Shown here piece after piece: positions 43,222 through 50,553 of a DNA stretch of 64,000 bases (its first letter is position 1; every line of letters begins with the position of its first letter). A model generated the notes under the pieces. It saw only the letters and a program-made list of their open reading frames with translations. It did not search any database and had not been told where the DNA came from. Origin of the DNA: Elusimicrobiota bacterium (GTDB lineage Bacteria; Elusimicrobiota; UBA8919); assembly GCA_041658185.1 (NCBI GenBank), contig JBBAAR010000001.1, forward strand, positions 122,400-186,399. The letters run 5' to 3'. Both the position numbers and the translations under genes were made by a program.

Positions 43222-44256
43222 TTATTCCCCTATTTTCAGCGCATTGATTTCTGTTTTAAATATCTTGTTCAACTCCGCCTTATTTTTGTCCGGAATAAAC
43301 AGGGCATTAATCCCATTATGTATTATTTTTATCAAATCGGATACATCAAAACCAAGACGGTTAACCGCCACATTATATTCATTTGTAAGGTCAATTCCGC
43401 TAACCGATCTATCATCGGTATTTATAGTAACTATTACGCCGTTATCATAAAATTTTTTTATAGGATGGCTTTCAAAATCAGCGACAACATGCGTTTGAAT
43501 ATTTGATGTAATACACATTTCAAGCGGGATTTCTTTTTCTTTTATTTCTTCCATAAGATTTGTGTCATCTATTAAATGTACGCCGTGACCTATGCGGCTT
43601 GCCCCAAGTTCCACTGCTTCTCTTATACTTTCGGCACCGGCTGATTCACCAGCATGCACGGTAAAAGGAATTTTATATTTTTTAGCAAGGACAAACGGCT
43701 CGGCGAAATCCCTTGTCGGATATCTTGTTTCATCACCCGCCAAATCCAGCGCAACAATACCGTAATCTGCGTATTTTTTTGCCAATTCTACCGTTGTGAT
43801 ATTCGCTTCTTCAGGATTTGAACGATAACAGCATAAAATCAAGCCGACGCCAATTTTGAAATCACGGCTGCCTTGACGTAATCCGTCAAGGCAAATTTTT
43901 ACGACATCGGTTATCTTAAAATTTTCGGATGCCTGAAGAAACGGTGCAAAACGCACTTCAAGATATTTAATGTTTTCAGAAGCGGCATCTTCACAAAGTT
44001 CATAACCGATTTTTTCCACAGCGTACGGAGTTTGCAAGAGCGGGTAAAAAAATTCAAACGCCTGCAAAAAATCGGTTAAACTCCGGCAATCAGGGGATAC
44101 CTGAACATACTTATTCAATTCTTCAACATTTTCCGTCGGCAGTTTTACCTTTTGCTTTTTGGCAAGTTCTAAAATGGTTGATGTCCGAACGGAACCGTCC
44201 AAATGACAATGCAGTTCAACTTTCGGAATTTTTTTAAGAACTTCTGTTGATACCAT
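43222..44256 (-). CDS. add: adenosine deaminase
   Basis: LHCHLDGSVR N-terminal signature, HAGESAG, and a C-terminal INTDD-type motif (VTINTDDRS). Confidence 0.85.
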   Translation of the reverse strand: MVSTEVLKKIPKVELHCHLDGSVRTSTILELAKKQKVKLPTENVEELNKYVQVSPDCRSLTDFLQAFEFFYPLLQTPYAVEKIGYELCEDAASENIKYLEVRFAPFLQASENFKITDVVKICLDGLRQGSRDFKIGVGLILCCYRSNPEEANITTVELAKKYADYGIVALDLAGDETRYPTRDFAEPFVLAKKYKIPFTVHAGESAGAESIREAVELGASRIGHGVHLIDDTNLMEEIKEKEIPLEMCITSNIQTHVVADFESHPIKKFYDNGVIVTINTDDRSVSGIDLTNEYNVAVNRLGFDVSDLIKIIHNGINALFIPDKNKAELNKIFKTEINALKIGE

Positions 44257-44258
44257 TA

Positions 44259-44942
44259 TTATTCCTCGTCATCCGGCTCGGGCAAAGCCTCTTCCGTTTT
44301 TGGAGATTTTTTCTTTTTTATCGTCTCTTTTTTATCTTTCGTTTCAACCTTTTGACCTTTCAATTTAGCAATTTTTTCTTTTGCATTTTCTGCTTTTTTG
44401 GAATCAGGGAAGTTATTTATAACTTTCTGATATTCCTCTATCGCCCTTTTATTATTTTTTATTTTTTCATAGCAATCACCTAACTCAAACTGTGCATTAG
44501 CCGCTTTTTTTGAATCAGGATATTTATCTATGACGGTCTGGTATGTTTTAATCGCACTCTCATATTTCTTCTGTTTTTTCTGGTAAATACCGCCAATCTG
44601 CAAAATTGCATCAACTGCTTTTTTTCTTTCCGGAAATTTATCTATCACCAGTTGGAACTCCTTAATTGCAACATCATAATCTTTCATTTTTGAATAACAG
44701 GTCCCTATATTATACTGCGCATCAGACGATTCTTTCGCTTCGGGATATTTTTTCAAAAAATTCTGATATGTTTTTATGGCTTCCGAATACTGCTTTTCTT
44801 TCTGCATCGCTTTTGCTTTCTGAAACAAATCATCTGTTTCGCAAAACAAAATGCCGCAGGAAAAAATTGCCAATACCAACCCTGCCAAATACTTTTTTCC
44901 GCACAAAGCGGATTTCACTTCGCTCAACACCGCGTTCAACAT
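44259..44942 (-). CDS. tetratricopeptide-repeat lipoprotein (YbgF-like TPR), Lys-rich C-terminal tail
   Basis: Signal peptide plus Cys, four or five TPR-like repeats (AQYNIGTCYSKMKDYDVAIKEFQ...), and a KKKKSPK tail. Confidence 0.55.
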   Translation of the reverse strand: MLNAVLSEVKSALCGKKYLAGLVLAIFSCGILFCETDDLFQKAKAMQKEKQYSEAIKTYQNFLKKYPEAKESSDAQYNIGTCYSKMKDYDVAIKEFQLVIDKFPERKKAVDAILQIGGIYQKKQKKYESAIKTYQTVIDKYPDSKKAANAQFELGDCYEKIKNNKRAIEEYQKVINNFPDSKKAENAKEKIAKLKGQKVETKDKKETIKKKKSPKTEEALPEPDDEE

Positions 44943-44944
44943 TT

Positions 44945-45592
44945 TTACCTCCCGTCCCGCTTCAGCGAGATCACTTTTTTTATTTCAAACATGATTTTTT
45001 CTATCTTGGGAATAAGATGGTCTATGCCCGGAGCATCGGTATCTATAACGAGGACCGGTATTTTTGATTTTTTCAATAACTCGTCTTTATCATCGTGAAG
45101 ATATGTTTTTTCCATTTCCTCCCGGGAAACCAGATGGTCGTCGGTACCCTTGGCAAGAGCTGCCTTATGCCTTGCAACATTTCTCTCCCAACAGGTCTCA
45201 AATGAACAATCGGAATAAATAATTATTGCATTGTCCAGGATTTTTTCTGAAAAATTTTTCATCGACGCCGCATAATTCGGACGGGAAAACTCTATGAAAA
45301 CAACGCGTTCATCTTTTTGCAACCCGCGAACATCCTTATCAACCTGCCGTAAAATTTCATCCCAAATACTATTATCGGTTACTAAATATCCGCCGTCGGG
45401 CGTTTTGCGGCATCTTTTCCATTTGCCTGTTTTTTCATCTTCCTGAAAAATATTCCACAACTTCGGAAAATCGTCAACTCTTAAAAAATCGTTGCAGATT
45501 TTTTCCTGACTTAATTTAGCGGTTATCCGGCGAAAGATTTCCGATTTGCCGCAGCCCGGCCGACCTAAAAGAAAAACATTTAAACAATTCAT
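44945..45592 (-). CDS. P-loop kinase-like ATP-binding protein (paralog of 48814..49446)
   Basis: Walker A FLLGRPGCGKS at the N-terminus; about 210 aa; its start overlaps the stop of the downstream TIM-barrel gene. Confidence 0.5.
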   Translation of the reverse strand: MNCLNVFLLGRPGCGKSEIFRRITAKLSQEKICNDFLRVDDFPKLWNIFQEDEKTGKWKRCRKTPDGGYLVTDNSIWDEILRQVDKDVRGLQKDERVVFIEFSRPNYAASMKNFSEKILDNAIIIYSDCSFETCWERNVARHKAALAKGTDDHLVSREEMEKTYLHDDKDELLKKSKIPVLVIDTDAPGIDHLIPKIEKIMFEIKKVISLKRDGR

Positions 45593-46560
45593 TAACCCAT
45601 AACCTCCCTTACATATTCCGCTTCCTTTTCCATTAACTCCCTTGTATTTAATAGTTCGTCAACTTCTCTCACCGCCGTTTCCATCACGACAATCTCAACT
45701 TTTTTGTGTCTAAAAATCTCAAAAAGTTTTTTAAGATTTTCTTTTTTGAGAAGGCCCGCCTGATAATGCAAAGGCGGATGAAATTTTTTAACCACGGGTA
45801 TATAATCGTTAAGATGGACCTGAGAGATATATTTATCGGGGATAGTCTCCATTATTTGCTCCGGCGGATTGGGGACTTGCTTGCCAAAATCTGCCCGAGT
45901 GAACCAGTGACCTATATCAAAACAGAATTTTACATTTTTTCCTTTCGGATCTATCATCTCAAGAATTTCAAGACATTCTTCAACATCAACCAGAATTGAA
46001 TCAAATGCGGTATTATTCTCAAGATGAAACATTATTCCCTTTTTTTGTGCGTACGGCACAAGTTCTTTGAGAGAGCGGATAAGGTTTTCTCTGACCAGTT
46101 TCCTGTAAAGTCCGACTGCCTGATAAAAAGGAACGGAACCGGGGTGCATAACGACATTTATACAGTTCAATTTCGCGGCAAAATCAATATATCTCTTTAA
46201 TAAATCAACCGCCATCTCACGGTCCTCTTTCTGAAATGCGCAGACGGCACTGCCGATATATGTGTACGGAAGATGGAAAGAAAGCGTGATATTTCTTTTT
46301 TCTGCTTCTTTTTTTGCTTTGGAAATTTCGGATGACGGCATTTGAAGATACGGATTTGGAATTCCTCCGTCCAACTCAACATGGTCAAGTGAAACCTCCG
46401 ACGCAACCTTAACCTGGTTAATAATATCCTTTTTGGCTTTATCCTGCACTTTGGCATCCATATCGGCGACTGTAAGCGTACCGGCTTTCAACTGCTTTTT
46501 TTCGGCTTCTGTTAAAAACGATGTGTTCAACAAATTTGTGAAATCTCTTCCTATTCTCAT
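45592..46560 (-). CDS. xylose-isomerase-like TIM-barrel protein of the endonuclease IV (AP endonuclease family 2) type
   Basis: Motifs in Nfo-like order: LSFHLPYTYIGS, VVMHPGS, MFHLENN, FCFDIGHWF, VHLNDY. Confidence 0.5.
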   Translation of the reverse strand: MRIGRDFTNLLNTSFLTEAEKKQLKAGTLTVADMDAKVQDKAKKDIINQVKVASEVSLDHVELDGGIPNPYLQMPSSEISKAKKEAEKRNITLSFHLPYTYIGSAVCAFQKEDREMAVDLLKRYIDFAAKLNCINVVMHPGSVPFYQAVGLYRKLVRENLIRSLKELVPYAQKKGIMFHLENNTAFDSILVDVEECLEILEMIDPKGKNVKFCFDIGHWFTRADFGKQVPNPPEQIMETIPDKYISQVHLNDYIPVVKKFHPPLHYQAGLLKKENLKKLFEIFRHKKVEIVVMETAVREVDELLNTRELMEKEAEYVREVMG

Positions 46561-46624
46561 AATACCTCCGTTAATTTTTTTCTGGATTTATTAAATCCGG
46601 CAATCGGCAAAAACCATGTTTCTG

Positions 46625-46690
46625 ACGGTAAAATCAATTCTATTCAACTACTTTCGTAGTTGCGAAACTAGTTGAATACCTTAAAAAAAT
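46625..46690. repeat. REP-like palindromic element (same family)
   Basis: tctattcaactactttcgtagttgcgaaactagttgaatacc, with competing caactac/gtagttg and tattcaact/agttgaata stems. Confidence 0.65.
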
Positions 46691-47547
46691 CAAATGTATT
46701 TTTCAACCAATAATTCAAGTTTTTTCTTTGTTTTCGGATTTATCGCTTTTGGGGACGTCATTATAGCATATTTTAGCGCATCTTTGCAAGAACAATTTCT
46801 TTCGCCCTGTAATTTTACAATAACACTCTTCACAAGTTTTTTTACATTTGTCGTTAAAACTTTCATATTCGCCATAACCTTTTCCGCCGAGACCTCTTCG
46901 CCCTCTTTCCAGACATCGTAATCGGTCGCCAAAGAAACGGTAGCAAAACATATTTCGGCTTCACGGGCAAGTTTTGCCTCGGGCAAATTTGTCATCCCTA
47001 TAACTAAAAAACCGAGCGAGCGATAAACTTTTGATTCCGCTTTCGTAGAAAATTGAGGTCCCTCAATACAAACATAGGTGCCGCCGTCATGAACTGGAAG
47101 GGCAAGCGATTTCGCCGTTTCAATTAAAATTTTTCTTAACTGCGGGCAATACGGTTCGGCAAAACCTACATGCGCAACAATACCATCGCCGAAAAATGTA
47201 GAAGGTCTTGATTTTGTCCTGTCAAAAAGTTGGTCGGGAATAACAAAATCCCTCGGTTTTATTTCTTCTCTCAGCGAACCGCAGGCGGAAATGGATATAA
47301 TTTTTTCAACTCCGATTTTTTTAAGAGCAAAAATGTTGGCCCGCGAGTTCACTTCCGACGGCATAATTTTGTGTCCCACGGCATGACGCGGAAGAAACGC
47401 AACTTTCACGCCTTCAAGTTCGCCGATACGAATTTTATCGGACGGCAAACCGAAAGGAGTTTTTATTTCCAGCTCTTTCAGTATTTTTATTCCTTCAATT
47501 TCGTAGACACCGCTTCCGCCGATAATTGCGATTTTTACTTCATTCAT
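46690..47547 (-). CDS. mtnP: S-methyl-5'-thioadenosine phosphorylase / purine nucleoside phosphorylase
   Basis: VKIAIIGGSGVYE, LPRHAVGHKIMPSEVNSRANIFALKKIGVEKIISISACGSLREEIKPRDFVIPDQ: strong match to the MTAP/PNP family. Confidence 0.8.
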   Translation of the reverse strand: MNEVKIAIIGGSGVYEIEGIKILKELEIKTPFGLPSDKIRIGELEGVKVAFLPRHAVGHKIMPSEVNSRANIFALKKIGVEKIISISACGSLREEIKPRDFVIPDQLFDRTKSRPSTFFGDGIVAHVGFAEPYCPQLRKILIETAKSLALPVHDGGTYVCIEGPQFSTKAESKVYRSLGFLVIGMTNLPEAKLAREAEICFATVSLATDYDVWKEGEEVSAEKVMANMKVLTTNVKKLVKSVIVKLQGERNCSCKDALKYAIMTSPKAINPKTKKKLELLVEKYI

Positions 47548-48827
47548 TACTTTTTACCTCCGGTAAGATTTGAATAAACTTCAAAAAAATCCTTCATAGT
47601 ATTAAAAAGTGAAACACCCGAAGATCTAGTTCTAAACTCTGCCGCCATCGGGTGACCGCCGCCGGAAATTATACCTTTATTGCCGAATTTTGAAACAAGT
47701 TTTTCAGTCATCTGCGAAGCAATATTGCCGCAGTGAATTTTATCGGTGTTTGCGCGGAAAGAAATATGTACGCCGTTTTTTTCGCCGAGCCAGTTAAACA
47801 TAATAAGTACCGCCGGATTGCCCAGTTCGTAAAGTTTTACCGAGCCGACCATCGGCATCAAGGAGACATTGCTTCCCATAAAAATATACACACCGGCACC
47901 GTCAACTTTGTCCAGAAGCGCCGCATTATCAAACATATTTTTTGATTTATTCCAGTCATCAAGAAAACATTGATATATTTTCCCGGCCAAATCTTTACGG
48001 GGCATTTGTCCCACAAATTCGTCAAGCGAACCGTAATCTTTTGCGTTGAGAGCAAGAAGCGTTTCAAATGCAAAGTTAACCTGTTTTTTGTTTTTTAATT
48101 CGGGGATATTATCGTTATAAAAATACTGAAATCCGCCTCCTGATAGTGCAAAATAAAATTCTCCTATCTGGTTTAATGCCGTTGTTTTTTCTCTCTGATT
48201 AACTTCAAACATCGTCGGACGGGATGATATTTTTTTTACAAGGTTCGGAAATTTTTTTGCCGCTTCGTCATAAAACTGTTTCGCCAGCGGCGCTACAATA
48301 TCGGTCGCCGGTTCAATCGCCCAATCGCCTTTTAATCCTATAAGCGTCAAAAAATCATCAAGGTCTTCTCTTAAACCAAGCGCCTCGGATATCATATTGC
48401 ATAAAATCGCAGCCGAGCAAAAAGTGTAATTCGGCACGGAAGGATTGAGAATTACGCACCTTTCAGGCAACGCCCCTATTAAAGGATGATGGTCAATAAT
48501 AACGACATCTTTTATCAAATCCACATATTCGTTGTAATAGCCCATTGTTGCCTTATCAATTATAAAAAGTATGTCATATTTTTTTTGTTTGAGTTCTTCT
48601 TCAATGCGAAATTTTTCTAATTCCATAGTTTCGGGAATTTTTACGGTTATATCGGCACCGAGTTTTTTCAGCATTCTAAAGATTATTGCACCGGATGTCA
48701 GCCCGTCCGGATCATCGTGAAAAAAAACAAGGCATTTTTTGCCTTTTACATTTTTCAATAATTCAACCGTTTTTTTGAAACCTTCCGATTTTTCCAATTG
48801 CTCTTTTACAAATTCAGAATAACTCAT
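47547..48827 (-). CDS. DHH/DHHA1-family phosphoesterase (NrnA-like oligoribonuclease/pAp phosphatase or RecJ-like)
   Basis: VFFHDDPDGLTSGA, IIDHHP (DHH) and ISGGGHPMAAEF (DHHA1 GGGH). Confidence 0.7.
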   Translation of the reverse strand: MSYSEFVKEQLEKSEGFKKTVELLKNVKGKKCLVFFHDDPDGLTSGAIIFRMLKKLGADITVKIPETMELEKFRIEEELKQKKYDILFIIDKATMGYYNEYVDLIKDVVIIDHHPLIGALPERCVILNPSVPNYTFCSAAILCNMISEALGLREDLDDFLTLIGLKGDWAIEPATDIVAPLAKQFYDEAAKKFPNLVKKISSRPTMFEVNQREKTTALNQIGEFYFALSGGGFQYFYNDNIPELKNKKQVNFAFETLLALNAKDYGSLDEFVGQMPRKDLAGKIYQCFLDDWNKSKNMFDNAALLDKVDGAGVYIFMGSNVSLMPMVGSVKLYELGNPAVLIMFNWLGEKNGVHISFRANTDKIHCGNIASQMTEKLVSKFGNKGIISGGGHPMAAEFRTRSSGVSLFNTMKDFFEVYSNLTGGKK

Positions 48828-49446
48828 TTATCACCTCTTTTTCAATCTGCTTTCTTAAATTTTCCATACCAGTTTTTCCGGAAACGGTACTGTCAATAAC
48901 AATCGTTTTCGCCGGAACAATTTTCATTAACTCTTTTTCTGATTTTAGATATACCTGCTCATAATCGTCGGTTTTGTAATATGTTTTCATCAAATCCAAC
49001 GGAACTATATGGTCGTCGTGCCCGTCCTTTTTTGCTTTCTGAAATCTTGCGACATTTCTTTTGTAACATTCCTCTAAAGTGCTGTAAAGATACAGGATAA
49101 TGGAATCATCCAGAACATCTTTTGTGAAATTTTCAAATGCATGTTGATAATTATCACGCGCAAATTCTATGAAAATAATTTTTTTGTCAGCTTTTTCTTT
49201 TTTTACCAATTTACACAAATCACTAAGCGCCTCGTCAACAACCGTCCAGTCGGTAACCGCGAAACCTCCGTCTTTCAGGATATGCCTTTTGAACTCTTTG
49301 TCTCTGGCAAGAATTTCTTTAAGCGTTAAAAAATCGTCAAGCCGCGGGGCATAAATTTCTTTTTTTTCCAAAATTTCTTTTATTATTTTATAAACCACAG
49401 ATTTTCCGCAACCCGGTCTGCCCAATAAAAAAACAAAATGTTTCAC
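48814..49446 (-). CDS. P-loop kinase-like ATP-binding protein (paralog of 44945..45592)
   Basis: FLLGRPGCGKS Walker A; same length and architecture as 44945..45592; overlaps both neighbours. Confidence 0.5.
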   Translation of the reverse strand: MKHFVFLLGRPGCGKSVVYKIIKEILEKKEIYAPRLDDFLTLKEILARDKEFKRHILKDGGFAVTDWTVVDEALSDLCKLVKKEKADKKIIFIEFARDNYQHAFENFTKDVLDDSIILYLYSTLEECYKRNVARFQKAKKDGHDDHIVPLDLMKTYYKTDDYEQVYLKSEKELMKIVPAKTIVIDSTVSGKTGMENLRKQIEKEVINELF

Positions 49447-50429
49447 TTAAAAATCTCCTTTACATATTTCATCTCTGCATCTATTATGTTTTTTCTGTCT
49501 TTTACCTGTTCAAGCATTTTGAATGCCGTTTCAAGTAAAATTAATTCCGGATTTTTCGTTTTAAGAATTTTCCAGTAATTCTCAAGATTTTCTCTCTTTA
49601 AAGGACCTTTCGTTTGATTCAAGGGCGGGTGGAATGTGAACTGCTTCTGCGGGTCCCATGATGACGGAACAAAATCGTTCAGGTGAACCTCGCATATAAA
49701 ATCATCGGGAATAATTTTGAGGATTTCTTCCGGGTTTTTGGGAATTTCTTTGCCTTTTTCGGCGCGGGTGAACCAGTGACCGATATCAAAATTAAAATAA
49801 ATTTTAGCACCGTTGGAACGCACCGCTTTTACAACTTCTATGCAATCTTCCGGCTCAACGAATAAACTATCAAATGAAACATTATTTTCAATGTGGAGTT
49901 TAAGCCCTTTATCATTGGCATATTTTCCGATCTCCGTGAACGATTTTACGACCGAGTTAAAAAACTGTTTCATGTAAATATCTGAAATCATATAAAACGG
50001 AGCGGTGCCGGGATGCATTACAAGATATTTGGCACCGACATCAGACGCAAAATCAACATAAACATTTTGGAGTTTTACGGCGCACGAACGGTCCAATTCC
50101 TGCAAACTTGAAATAGAAGAACCGGCATTGGAATAAGATAAATGAACCGACAGTGAAATACCGTTATCCTCGGCGAATTTTTTTATTTTTTTCCGGCTCT
50201 CTTTTGAAAACTCCGGATACGGGTTCGGCACGTCGCAGTCAAGTTCTACATGGTCAAGACCGAGTTCTTTCGCTTTTTTTATCTGAAACTCAACATTTTT
50301 CTTGAACTTAACAAGCCCGAGCGCGTTCATAGAAAAAAGCGACAAAGTTCCGTTTAGGATTTTTTCCTGCTCCCCTTTTTCCAGCACATCAAATACAAAA
50401 GTGTTAGTAAAGTTTCTGCCGATTTTCAT
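49443..50429 (-). CDS. endonuclease-IV-like xylose-isomerase-fold TIM-barrel protein (paralog of 45592..46560)
   Basis: LSVHLSYSNAGSS, LVMHPGTAP, LHIENN, FNFDIGHWF and VHLNDF, the same motif series as its paralog. Confidence 0.5.
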   Translation of the reverse strand: MKIGRNFTNTFVFDVLEKGEQEKILNGTLSLFSMNALGLVKFKKNVEFQIKKAKELGLDHVELDCDVPNPYPEFSKESRKKIKKFAEDNGISLSVHLSYSNAGSSISSLQELDRSCAVKLQNVYVDFASDVGAKYLVMHPGTAPFYMISDIYMKQFFNSVVKSFTEIGKYANDKGLKLHIENNVSFDSLFVEPEDCIEVVKAVRSNGAKIYFNFDIGHWFTRAEKGKEIPKNPEEILKIIPDDFICEVHLNDFVPSSWDPQKQFTFHPPLNQTKGPLKRENLENYWKILKTKNPELILLETAFKMLEQVKDRKNIIDAEMKYVKEIFK

Positions 50430-50513
50430 TAGGACTCCTTAACTATATTTTTATTTTTTTGACAACTTTTTCACTACTGAAAAAGTTACGATTTTTGAAT
50501 TTTAACAAATTTA

Positions 50514-50542
50514 TTTGATAAAGTCAAGTTTTTTTAGTAAAA
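50514..50542 (+). promoter_or_regulatory. candidate sigma70-like promoter for the second comEC (TTGATA-17-TAAAAT)
   Basis: ttgataaagtcaagtttttttagtaaaat lies 11 nt upstream of the ATG at 50554, in a divergent intergenic region. Confidence 0.25.
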
Positions 50543-50553
50543 TATATTATATT

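Noticed and set aside
36465-46690. REP-like hairpins as rho-independent terminators for the upstream minus-strand genes
   Set aside because: On the minus-strand transcript the U-tract lies 5' of the hairpin, not 3'. On the plus strand the hairpin is followed by an A-tract. Neither orientation fits an intrinsic terminator.
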